The translations under genes were made by a program, and so were the position numbers. Below the pieces are notes generated by a model, which was not told where the DNA came from, did not search any database, and worked only from the letters and a program-made list of their open reading frames with translations. Shown piece by piece: positions 1 through 11,652 of a stretch of DNA of 64,000 nucleotides. Source of the DNA: Eledone cirrhosa (lineage: Eukaryota); contig OZ024740.1 of assembly GCA_964016885.1 (NCBI GenBank), positions 43,462,001 through 43,526,000 on the forward strand. Reading direction: 5' to 3'. How positions within the stretch are numbered: position 1 is the first letter of the stretch; the number at the start of each line of letters is the position of its first letter.

Positions 1-19
1 TACTATCTCTCAGTCACAA

Positions 20-150
20 CACCTTGTAGAAGGAGCAACGTATAAAGTGTTGAAATAAAGTGTCTTGCTAAAGGACATAACGCATCGCCCGACCCAGGAA
101 TTGAACTCACACCTCGCGATTGCGAATCGAATTCTCTAACTACTCACCCA
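20..150 (-). mobile_element. tRNA-derived SINE (CORE/V-type central domain), degenerate
   Basis: Reverse complement of the copy at 302-450; B-box-like GAGTTCAATTCC and TGTCCTTTAGCAAGACACTT domain. Confidence 0.65.
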
Positions 151-159
151 ATACGTAAT

Positions 160-263
<104 letters not shown>

Positions 264-301
264 CGTATTGGGTGAGTGGTTATATATATATATATATATA
301 T

Positions 302-450
302 GAGTGAAGGCATGTGGCTGAAAGGTTAGAGAATTGGATTCACAATCGTAAGGTTATGAGTTCGATTCCTGGACCAGGCGATGCGTTATGTCCTTGAGCA
401 AGACACTTTATTTCACGTTGCTCCTTCTACCTGGAGTTGCGACCGATAGA
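302..450 (+). mobile_element. tRNA-derived SINE (CORE/V-type central domain)
   Basis: A-box TGGCTGAAAGG, B-box GAGTTCGATTCC, then TGTCCTTGAGCAAGACACTT. Confidence 0.7.
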
Positions 451-624
451 TAGTATTAGCAATTGGAAAGACCAACGGAAACATTGTTCCCTCGGTCCGA
501 TTTGACGAAAGTCGATCGTTCCTATTATTATTATATATATATATATATATATAACGAAGGAAATGTGGTAAGGAACCATGTGGACCATAACGCACCAAAG
601 TACTCAATACTTGAGGTAGTAGAG

Positions 625-712
625 TGTTTGTAAATTTATAAATATATAATAAATTGAAGTGAAAGCACTGGTGCGTGTGTTTCTTATTGGCAACATGACC
701 CACCCAAAGTAT

Positions 713-779
<67 letters not shown>

Positions 780-811
780 GTATATATATATATTACGTAT
801 TGGGTGAGTGG

Positions 812-851
<40 letters not shown>

Positions 852-940
852 ATACTTTGGGTGGGTCATGTTGCCAATAAGAAACACACGCACCAGTGCT
901 TTCACTTCAATTTATTATATATTTATAAATTTACAAATTT
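625..940. repeat. ~95-bp perfect inverted repeat of a PLE 3' terminus around a (TA)n tract
   Basis: 625-720 is the reverse complement of 845-940; the ORF track gives the same peptide on both strands ([20 protein letters not shown]). Confidence 0.9.
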
Positions 941-1452
941 ATAAATCTATAAATTTCTGGTTGGTTGGTTGGTTCCACAACCAGATAGTTGTTTATATAT
1001 AGTCATAGTCCTTTCGTCACACACTCTGTGACCTCTTCAGTGACTGGGGATTCCTTTCTTTGTTTCTGTGCCTCTCCTTTGTTCTGTCCTACGCCATTTT
1101 GTTTCTGTGTGTGTGTTGTGTGCTCAGTTTGCGCATGCGTCACGTCCGGGTGTCTGTGTGTGTTTATGTTCATTTATCTATTTGTTTATTTATTTATTTA
1201 TTTACATGTTATTGGTTGGTTGTTTGTTCTATGTGTGTGTGTTTTCATTTTGTCCTTAATTGTAAGTTGTGATGTTGCTGTTCCACTCATATTTTCTATT
1301 TAATTTTAGTTGTAATTCTTTTATGTTTATTGCCTCTGTAATTTGTCTAAACATTGCATCTTTTCTGTGTGTAGATTCTATTTTTATTTCTATGTTCTCT
1401 AATTTACCCTTGTGTTCTATCTTAGCATGTTGGTAGAGTACAGATGATTCTA
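846..1452 (-). mobile_element. Penelope-like element, 3' fragment (GIY-YIG C-terminus + 3' UTR), related to 11646-13533
   Basis: Minus strand reads SVLYQHAKIEHKGKLENIEIKIESTHRKDAMFRQITEAINIKELQLKLNRKYEW; terminus TATTGTTATACTT..GGGTCAT matches 11646-11670. Confidence 0.75.
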
Positions 1453-1555
1453 AAGAATCATCTGTACTCTATCGATGTCGTGTATCCGTTCAGTTTGAGT
1501 ACTTCCAGGAAATGTGTGGTGTGTGTGTCTCGGTCTCTAGCGTCGGTGCATTTGT

Positions 1556-2631
1556 CCTTCACAGTAGACAATACGTACTTCACCTTCCACCACCACACAT
1601 ACAGACAGACAACAGGATTACCCATGGGATCCAGCCTATCGGGCCTGCTGGCCATCACCTACATGAACCAGCTAGAATGCCGAGCCCTCAACACCTGCCA
1701 TTCCCATGCCTTCTTCACCCGATATGTAGATGACATACTCATCCTCACATCATCCCGTGAGGAGGCAGATAAAATATACACAACATTCTCCAGCATGGAC
1801 GCCAGTATAAAGTTCAGCATGGAACACCCCGACGACCGCGGATCCCTATCCCTACTGGACTTCCAACTCAGGGTAACAGAGGAAGGCAACATCCACACCT
1901 GCTTCTATAAAAAAGCCGCCAGCAGGGACCTGTTCGTACATTTCAGATCGGCCCTCCCACTCGGTGCCAAGTTCGGATACATAAGGAACAAACTGGCACG
2001 TATCCGGAACAAATGCACCGACGCTAGAGACCGAGACAAACACACCACACATTTCCTGGAAGTACTCAAACTGAACGGATACACGACATCCACCACAAAC
2101 CGTGCCAGAAAGAACAGAGGACACCACACCCGAGGCACTAACACTTGCTTCCTGAAGCTCCCACACTTCAGTGAAGAAACAACAACAGCCATCCGCAGAG
2201 CCATCAGACGAGAAGGACTAGATATCCAACTGGCCCACTCAGGTCCTTCTCTGCGTGGACAGCTAGCCAAAAGACACTCCACCAGACATGACAACTGCTG
2301 CAGACTAGCCAACTGCCCCATCAACGACACAGACCTATGCCACCAGGCTTACGTCGTATACAGACTAGAGTGTGACAAATGCAACGACTTCTACGTAGGT
2401 AGCACCACCAGACCACTCCACATAAGAATAAAAGAACACCTCAATACTAACGCTTCCTCATTTAACAAACACCTAGTTAAATGCAAAAACACCGACAAAA
2501 CCATAACAGTTAGGATAGAAACTAAGGAAAGAAACCTCGGCAATCTTAGAATTAAGGAAGCACTAATTATAGATAAAACACAACCACCTATCAATAATAG
2601 ACTAGAACTCAACACCCAATTTATAACCTGA
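1556..2631 (+). CDS. PLE reverse transcriptase (C-terminal half) + GIY-YIG endonuclease, open frame, 5' truncated
   Basis: ORF 1444..2631; residues before ~1556 derive from inverted/hairpin junction sequence; YRQTTGLPMG, RYVDD, CDKC, YVGSTTRPLHIRIKEH, EALII..P.IN. Confidence 0.88.
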
Positions 2632-3023
2632 TAGGGCTTCTAGCCCCATATTTACACACCCCATACACACACACGCACGCACACATACACACGCTTACAC
2701 CTCCACTTATTCTCTCTCACACATACACACACAAAACCAGTTCTAACACCAGATAACACCTATCCCCCACATTTACGAATAGACTTATCTTCTCACACGC
2801 ACACACACACACTCACATACTTACACCTTCAAGCATTCTCCCACACACTTAAACAGGCATGTATATAAAAAAAAACCCTAAACAAACCCCCTTTAAAGGG
2901 AGACTACTCTTTATCCACCTAATTTTAACTCGTTGACATTAGAGATAGAACAGATACTCTATATATTTCCTGGCAGCATGGCTTGGCAAGATATTTAGAA
3001 CGCTGGTCTGAGACCTTTATTTC

Positions 3024-3058
3024 CCTCTGAAGAAGAGATATTATCTCGAAAATTAAGG
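3024..3058 (+). ncRNA. Minimal type I hammerhead ribozyme motif
   Basis: CCT-CTGAAGA-a-GAGATA/t/TATCTC-GAAA-ATTA-AGG: stem I CCT/AGG, stem II hairpin, short palindromic stem III. Confidence 0.7.
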
Positions 3059-3222
3059 ACGTTTAAAATAAATCTAATGTAAAAGACGAATTGTCAACAA
3101 TATCTTTTGCAATTGCATTCTTTTTTTTTTCTATGTCCATACCTGCATTGTTTTGGCTTTATTATACATATTCAAACGTTTATACCTCATTACACAATGC
3201 TTCAAGTGAACTATAACCTCCT

Positions 3223-3294
<72 letters not shown>

Positions 3295-3295
<1 letters not shown>

Positions 3296-3920
3296 ATATT
3301 AAATAAATCGAAATTATATTTGTAAAACCATATTTAATACAAAGTGTGTTTTATAAATTTTGACATAGCCATCGTGGAAACATACCTTATCAATTTTCCT
3401 TGGGTAGTGAGATTAAAGAACGGATTTTTCAAACTTTTAGGATGAGTATGCAAATGAATATGTGCATAAGGTTGAGTTATATGATTGAAAAACCGTTATT
3501 TTAAAGTTATTGGAAAGTTTAGATATATTAGTAGGAGAGAAAGAAAGAAAGGAGAAAAAGAAAAGGAAAATGAAGAAGAAGGAAAAGGGAAAAGAAAACC
3601 ACTTATATACGTTAATTTGCCACTTATATACGTTAATTTGGGGGAAATAAATTTGAATATTTACCTATATTATATATATATTTATATGGAGAATTATGTT
3701 CGTAAGTATTTATCTTATTATAATATTGTATATGGGTTAAATATATAAATATCTATATATATTTTAATAATAACATATGTATTATTATTAAAGAGATAAT
3801 TTGCAATTATTAGTTGTTTATAATATGAGTTACGAGGGAAGTTGATTTTGTGTTTTATGTAGATAAATAAATAAATAGGTAGTTCAAGTTTTAGGTGGTT
3901 GTTTATAATATGAGTTACAT
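3295..3920 (-). mobile_element. Inverted non-coding PLE 3'-end segment joined to the 5' end of the next PLE
   Basis: 3298-3370 resembles 22131-22165 and 26228-26260 (same terminal family, HHR part deleted). Confidence 0.5.
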
Positions 3921-6553
3921 TCAAAAACTATAAACTTAGTATTACCATTGACAAAAACACTAAAAACGTTCTCTTCCTGGACGCCACCCTCTTCCTAGAC
4001 TCAATGATATATGCACCTTTCCACAAACCTAATGAAAATCTCATTTACGTAGATACCAAGACTAACCACCCTAGATCTATATTAAACTCTATCTCTAAGG
4101 GAGTATCTAATAGAATCTCTAATCTATCCTATGACGTAAAGTATTTAACAAAAACTCGCAATATTATAATCAGGCATTAGCTAGATCAGGCCATAATATA
4201 GAGATCGAGTTCCTACCTACAAAAACACATAGCTACAACATTATTTCGCACAACATGTCCATGAGAAAATTTAGTAATAGGAATAGCAACCACACACACA
4301 CTAATAGGGATGATACCAACAAAAGTAACCCACACCACAGAAATTACCATAGTACCATAAAAGGAAACAACTCCCCAGACATAAAAAAACAGAAATAGAA
4401 GAAGAAATAATACATTTTTCAACCCTCCTTTCAATCTAAACATCTCTACCAACCTACCTAGAGTTTTCTTCTCACTACTAGATAAAAACTTCCCATCCGG
4501 CCACAAGTACCATAACCTTTTAAACAAAAACACTATTAAAATCTCCTACTCTACTACGCCTAACATAGCATACCACATAGCTAGTAGCAATAAAAGAATA
4601 ATTAATTCTTACTTCCAACAAACTAAATCACAACAGACGATAAACCTTCAAAATAACATTATAGCAACTAACCCTAATATCAATAGAAATAATAGTAATA
4701 GCACTAATGTAAACAATAACGCTGGGAACGACAACCCACATAACCATAACCCTATAGCTACCATACAGACTTCTACACAACATAATAACCGGCAGACTAA
4801 CACCCAGAATCATTGTAACTGTAGATCAAATAGAACCTGCCCTTTAGATAAAAAAATGCTTAATCAAGGATATGATATACTCATGCACAGTCACAACTAA
4901 CAACTCTTCTGAAACCTATATAGGCTCTGCATCTAACTGCTTCAAAACTATATACAATTCGCACCTCCACTCTTTCAAAAAACAGTCTAGCCAACTCCAC
5001 TTCACTATCTAGCTACATACACTATCTAAAAACTAAAAATAAACCATATACACTTAAATGGGAAGTGATAGGTAATGCGACATCGTACAAACCACCTAAT
5101 AAATTTTGTAACCTCTGTCTACTAGAGACCCATACTATCATCTTCTCTAACCATAACCTCCTTAATAAAAAATCAGAAGTGTTCGCGTCTTGCCAACACT
5201 GCTTCCGACACTATTTTCCAAAACTTTAAACCCAATATATAACAATGTCAGACTTGAACCCGTCACCACCTCTAGCAACTAGCATCAGGGGCACACCTTA
5301 CACCTCATCTCCACACCCATCAATCCACTTTAACGCAAATAGTGACACCCTCATAGTACCTTTTACCCTAGAGATATCCCCATGTACTTCTACTATTGGT
5401 ATGTTGGCCTTGAATTACTTGGAATATATTGCACTAATATATAATTAATGTAAACTGTAGGCACTGAATTGGTTGTGCTAACATTGTCCTGTGCATGGAG
5501 TGCCACCATAGGATAGATAGAAGATTAAGTAATTAATTTATTAAAAGGGCTATATATTCTATATGCTGAGTACAATGAATTATGTACAGGTGATATATGA
5601 GTTATGAGTATATGTATGGCTTGATGGCCAGATTAGTGTCTTTGTATGAGAGAATTGATCTCTGGACCACCCTGGTGATATTTAACTTTGCCATGCATTC
5701 AGACATACAATGACCCAGAGCTTACCGGGAGTCATATATAGTAATACGAGCCTGCCAGGTTCTGCGGGTGGACTACACTTACAAAGATCATTGATTTGGA
5801 GGTCTGACACTTCTTGTAGAATGTTCGGTTGTGGCACTCCATGATAGAAGGTAATCATCCTGATATGAACACCTTTAGTACTTCTTGATAGACTAAACTG
5901 TAATTTATAGATAAGATACTTAAATTTAGAAATTGTTTATAACCTTATATGATAGGGACTCATTTGAAACACCATTAATGTACTTTAGGATAATAAATTT
6001 AACTATGGAAATCAGCTAGTTACCTCCCCTTACGCATTAACTCCTCTTACGCATTACCTCCCCTTAATCACACACACACTTCCAGAATATATTACAATGT
6101 CATCTCTCACAACAGAAACAACCTGATCTATGAATCGAATTAAGGAACGACAAGCTATGATTTATAACATGGTTCACCAGGCACCCAATGCTGAATCATC
6201 GTGGATTGTGTGTTGGACATGTAGTCTATATATTGCGTATCTTGGATTGTGTGAGTGGTGGTGGGTGCGAGGACAGTGGTGATGTTTTGCTTCCCATTTG
6301 TAATATTTTTGATATTTTTGGTGTTTCTCTACAAACGGGCTTATATATCGTACAGGTGTGTGTGAAAAATGCTTTATCAATTCAGCCCCATGATGCTATT
6401 GATTGCGTGCTTTAACTGCTTGTTTTACATGTAACAATCTGCCGCACTATAATCCTGTATAAATAAGACACGCCTGCATGCCACACGTGAGACTGTTTCA
6501 TACACTGACTACTCTAAACTTTCCTCTTGCTTTATCTTCATAAACTGCCAATG

Positions 6554-6617
6554 TTTTATTTTTATTTTTATTTTTATTTTTATTTTTATTTTTATTTTTA
6601 TTTTTATTTTTATTTTA
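6554..6617 (+). repeat. (TTTTTA)n microsatellite
   Basis: Direct reading. Confidence 0.9.
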
Positions 6618-6779
6618 ACTTTAATTTTGTCCTTTAATATGACTGTAACCTTTATATGTAAATTGCCATGCTATATTATTATGATGGATGTCAACCCACT
6701 GTGGGTCAATATATACATATGTTTTTATATGTCTCTTGTGTTGAAAAGGAGGTCAAGTATGTACAAAATCACTAAATAG

Positions 6780-6828
6780 TTGCTCCGAAGAATCCAAACC
6801 TCGGTTTGGAGGAAACAATTGTAAGCAA
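6780..6828 (+). ncRNA. Type I hammerhead ribozyme motif with CCGAAGA core variant
   Basis: TTGCT-CCGAAGA-a-TCCAAACC/tc/GGTTTGGA-g-GAAA-CAATTG-TA-AGCAA. Confidence 0.7.
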
Positions 6829-7054
6829 ATAAATGATTTAAATTGAACTTTGATTCATGTAATTTCTATATAACTGCTCTGTAAAACAACTGATGTTATT
6901 ACATTGAGCTATTTATCTTACTGGTAATAAGATAGTAATGAATTACTGTCTTTCAGTATTTAAAGTTTAAAATATATATAACTATAAAAGGTTTTATTAT
7001 ATAAATAGTAACCATAAATAGTATCCTTAATACTATATATATATATATATAAAG

Positions 7055-8365
7055 AAATTTTTGCTGAAAGGTTAAAGTACTACAAATATTAGAGATATTT
7101 ACAGATATTTACAGATATTTATATATTAAAATATTAAAAATTTAAATTGTTAAAGGAGATAGGATCATTTTGAAGACTTATAGGAATATTATAAATTACA
7201 CATAGTTCTGAATGTAGAATTTTGGTGATGTCTGCTAGAATTGAATAATTCTGTCCTGAGATTAATAGAGTTTTGACACTTAATTATATAAAAAATGTCT
7301 TCAATACACAATTTACAGAATTTTGATAAAGCCATATTACGATACGCAGGTGCTTCGAAATCGTTTTCCAAGATATTGAATAGTCTATATTTTTGCTTTT
7401 TAAGTTCCATATAAGATGTGAAAGAGAAGTAGAAGATTTGTTTAGCAGATCTTCTGAAAGAATGATTATTGTTATTCCAGCGATCTTTAAATTTTGTAGA
7501 AGTTGCGCCGACATAGTTAATTATATTATCACTAGTTTTAACTGTGCATTTATAGACTACATTTTTATCTAAACACTTATTTTGTAAAGGGCAGTTTGAT
7601 TTGATTCTACAGTTACATTTTACGGAGTTGTTGTTGCTCGGAACGGTACTATTATGTTGGATACTGCTAGAAATATTATTATTGCTATTATGGTTATTTT
7701 GGTTAGGGTTTAAATTTAAGTTTCTATTATTAGTTCTATTTATATTTTGTGCTATGTTCATAGTAGTAGAGTAGGATAGCTTTATAGTACGTCTGTTAAA
7801 AATAGAGTGGCATCTGTGGGCTTTAGGAAAATAGTTGTCTAGTGCTTTAAAGAATAGTTTTGCTAAAGGGGTTTTAACGCTTAATGAGAATGGGGGTGAG
7901 TACCAAATAATATTTCTACTTCTAGTTCTTTTTTTGGGTTTAGAGTTTAAGTTAAATTGTTTATTATTATTATTATAGTTAATAGTAGGGTGATTTGCCA
8001 TGTTATTGTTGTCAATATATTTAATTTTATTCGAATACCCTGCTCTATTTAAAGCTTCATTATAATATTCAGCCTTATCATCAAAAATATTTTTATTAGC
8101 AGATATGCGTGAAATCCATTGTTGGACACTATTGACAATAGTGTTCTTAATAGATCTAGGATGATTAGAGTTAAAACTTACGTGATTTAGATTTTCTTTA
8201 ATTTTATGGAAAGGATAGTAAAAGCCCTGTGCTAAGGTTTAATGTTACGTCTAAGAAGTTAATGATTTTATAGTTATTCTCTATTTCTAACTTAAGGTTA
8301 TAATTATTGAAGAATAGTATTATGGATTTTCTTTTCCTATTAATTTCACAATTACTATGGTTTTA
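7055..8365 (-). mobile_element. Degenerate PLE (Hydra-clade-like), tail-to-tail with 3925-7030 across a (TA)n tract
   Basis: ORF 7189..8001: RSRNIIWYSPPFS, FNRRTIKLSYSTT, CNCRIKSNCPLQNKC, YVGAT, CKLC; upstream frames give FLDV..PFHK..NHP. Confidence 0.85.
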
Positions 8366-8369
8366 AATT

Positions 8370-8493
8370 AATATTTACTCCAGAAATCTGTCGAGTATTG
8401 AATATTTACTCCAGAATGTGTCGACTGCTCTGAATCAGTTATAAACATTTATATTTGTTGAATTTCCAACAAATTAAATATCCCTTCTACTTA
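8370..8493 (+). mobile_element. PLE-type 3' terminus (same family as 22475-22565 and 26490-26582), inverted relative to the adjacent PLE
   Basis: Shared ATATTTACTCCAG...TCAGTTATA...TTGTTGAAT..CAAATTAAATA then (TA)n. Confidence 0.7.
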
Positions 8494-8497
8494 TATA

Positions 8498-8533
<36 letters not shown>

Positions 8534-8913
8534 TGACTTCTCAATCAGCCGACACAAACCTACATTTGGCGCAAAATCAATTTTTAACATTCACATGACC
8601 TCTACCGATCAATCAAAATTGTTTTGACCGCAAGAATTTTTGTAACACGAATTGGCGCGAAACTTATTTGAATACATCTGGAGCCACTTTTTTCACATAA
8701 AACAGGTAGAATTTCCAAAACTAATCAGATTAGAGCAAACATCACGGGCGCTCTATATCAAAATTATTTTTGAAAAGCATTAGAAATGCGCAACCGGTAA
8801 AACTTAAAACCAAAACTGAATACTAACCAATACTATTACTAAGTTTCACTTATTCCTAATTAAACTATTTTTCACTGTGAACAATTTGTCAGCATTTTCT
8901 TTTCCGTTTACCA

Positions 8914-8948
<35 letters not shown>

Positions 8949-8981
8949 AATAGTGGTAGAACACTGGAAGGTAATATCCGT

Positions 8982-9186
8982 AGTGGTTACACAACAGTTA
9001 GTTCACCATACCGAGAACAATTGTTTCACTTTAGCGGATCCTCAGCTTGTAATGGACATGGTTATATGGAACGGGAAGGACAATCTTGTCCTTCCTGTTC
9101 CTATAACCATTCCCATTCCGATCTGAAGATCCGCTAAGGTGAAACAATTGTTCTCGGTATGGTGAACTAACTGTTGTGTAACCACT
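8982..9186. mobile_element. ~205-bp fold-back element with an HHR motif in each arm
   Basis: Near-perfect palindrome centred at ~9084; + arm CCGA-t-CTGAAGA-TCCGCTAAGGT-GAAA-CAATTG-TTC-TCGG (9118-9157); - arm has CTGAGGA...GAAACAATTG (9011-9046); flanked by (TA)n. Confidence 0.8.
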
Positions 9187-9439
9187 TATATATATATATA
9201 TTTACATATATATATAAATCCAATCACAAGGAAAGATCTATAGGATGGGTATATACACTCATTCGCTCTTAGTATCGTATTGAAATGGACATACTAATTT
9301 GCATATAATTAGATTAGCGTTCATGATGGTAATTGAGTAAGATATAAAGTAAGATGTGTGCTATCAGCCGAACGGATTGTATCTGTAACAATACAGAGTT
9401 TTCAGACGAGTTTGCACCAGCATGTGGATATATATATCA

Positions 9440-11578
9440 CCGAGATAATTTCTGAATATTTAGACACCATCCTCGCCCAGTTGGTCGGCAATCTACCCTC
9501 CCAGATTCACCATACCACTCATGCCCATAGACTCTTCAACTACTTCTCCTTCCCTCCTGGTCCTTCTCGCATTCTCTTTACCCTGCACATCATCTCTCTC
9601 TATACCATCATCCCTCATGATGACGGCCGCCGTGCTCTCCAACATTTTTAGACTTACGCCCTACCCCTTACCCCAGCACTACCACTCTTCTCCGTCTGGC
9701 TGAGCTTGGTCTCACCCTCAATGGCTTTTCCTTTTTGGGTGAATTCTATTAGCAGGTCTCTGGGGTAGCGATGGGAACCAGAATTGGTCAAAACTATGCC
9801 AACCTGTTTGTTGGCTACATCGAAGCGCAGATCTTCTCCCAGTACGCTGGACCGACTCCGGATCTATACGGTCGTTATATCGATGACTGTATTGGCGCCA
9901 CCCCTCTATCACGAGAACAGCTCGACTGCTTTCTTTCTTTTGTCCTATCTTTCCATCTTGCTCTCACTTTCACCGCCTCCGCCTCCGATTCTTCTGACGC
10001 TTTTCTAAATATATCTCTCTATCTATTTATCACTATCACTACACCCTCTCTACTTCCATCTTCATTAAACCAACAAACTCCCACTCTTTTCTCGATTTCA
10101 CCTCCTCGCATCCAACCCACACAAAATAATTCATACCCTATTCCCAATTCCTCCGTCTTCGTCGACTCTGTAGCCAGGACGACGATTTCGAAACCCATTC
10201 CCTTCGCATGGCTTCCTGCTTCATCCAGCGTGGATACCCGCCTGATCCAAACTGCTCTCACTCGCTGCCGTGAAACAGACCGCACCCCAGCCCTCTCAAC
10301 TCACCCGGCCCTCCCAACACCCGCGTTCCTTTCCCTCTCACCTGACCACCCTACCACTCCGGCGATATATCCTCCGTTCCTTCCGCATCCTCCCTTCTGA
10401 CCCCGTCACTTCTCGCTTTTTTACAAACCCGCCCATTATTGCTTTTAAGCGCACCCGCAAACTTGACGGCCTCCTGATTCGCAGTTCCTTCACGTCCTCC
10501 CACACGACCCGATCCGGCTCTCATCCTTGTTCCCGTTCCCGCTGCAACACTTGTCCCTTCATTTCCACCCTCACCACTCTTACATGCCCTAACGGGTCTT
10601 GTCGTATCCGCCACTCTTTCACCTACACGTCCACCCACGTTGTCTATGCCTTCCGTTGTTCCCTTTCCGGGTCTTAATACATCGGAAAAACGGGATGCCG
10701 TATGGTGGTCCGTTTTGCTGAGCATTTGAGGGACATACGACTCGGTTTAGCTACTCCTTTCGCCCGTCATTTCTGTTCTCCTGGTCATTCTTCCCTACAT
10801 GTTTCAGTCCTGGGTGTCCTTTTACATCATGGATCAGAAGCCTCACGCACCAGGACTGAAAAAAGTCTAATTCATCACCTTGGGTCCTATTTCCCTCTTG
10901 GACTCAACTCGCGTCCCCAATTTCTCTAATACCCCGTCCATTATCCCACGCGCTTGTATATTTGCCCCTAGATTCCTATCGCTCTCTCTTGATCACTAAC
11001 ATCTTCTCTTCCAACTAATACAGACCAACTATATTTGCTCACTCCACCTTTCCCTTCACAGCTCTGTATACACACATTCACACCATTATATTAACATACT
11101 TTTGCTCATAGCTTCATACTTACTTGCATACACAATCTTTTACTCACATATACACATATATTTCTTCTTAGCTTCGTACGGACATGTAATAACACACACA
11201 CGCACATGCGTACGCACGTGCACAGGTATAGCTCTTTTTACAAAACGTTTTTTTTTTTCCCTTTCAGGTAGACGCGCTCCATCATCCACTTTTCTAAAAA
11301 ATATATCATATACAAAACGCCAGCACCAACAGTTTGCAGGAGATGTCAACATGAATGGACCAGTTATTTTTATCTAAATTCTTCTACATTTTCTTCATAT
11401 TCCAACCGAACCGTCCCCTTAGTCTATCTTATTTTTCATTCTTTCTTCAGATGAAAGACTAGCCTCCGAAACGTTAAGACACTCTTCCTGCTATATCAAA
11501 CATTAACTTAATATATCCCTTCCATATATTGTACCGATTGTGTTTTCATTTCTATTTACCTTTTACATACACACACAT

Positions 11579-11580
<2 letters not shown>
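9440..11580 (+). mobile_element. Degenerate 5'-truncated PLE (Neptune-like) with 3' pLTR
   Basis: GVAMGTRIGQNYANLFVG, RYIDDCIG, PCSRSRCNTCPFI, HVVY, RFAEHLRDI, ARHF, PLGLN; many frameshifts; degenerate HHR 11444-11479. Confidence 0.88.
11444..11479 (+). ncRNA. Degenerate minimal hammerhead motif (CAGATGA core)
   Basis: TCTT-CAGATGA-AAGACTAGCCTCC-GAAA-CGTT-AAGA; homologues at 13788, 40313 and 59512. Confidence 0.5.

Positions 11581-11645
<65 letters not shown>

Positions 11646-11652
<7 letters not shown>

Larger units (their letters stand above)
1472..3225 (+). mobile_element. 5'-truncated Penelope-like element (RT + GIY-YIG) with HHR-bearing 3' end, ending in (TA)n
   Basis: ORF motifs GLPMGSSLS, RYVDD, LLDF, VVY..FYVGST..RIKEH; HHR at 3024-3058; inverted internal segment 1474-1555. 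Confidence 0.92.
3925..7030 (+). mobile_element. Degenerate PLE (Hydra-clade-like), RT thumb + GIY-YIG + long 3' UTR with HHR
   Basis: Frameshifted reading: FLDATL..PFHKPN..NHP, FNPPF, KNTIKISYSTTPNI, CNCRSNRTCPL, YIGS, CNLCLLE, LLNKKSE..CQH, stop ~5229; HHR 6780-6828. Confidence 0.85.
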
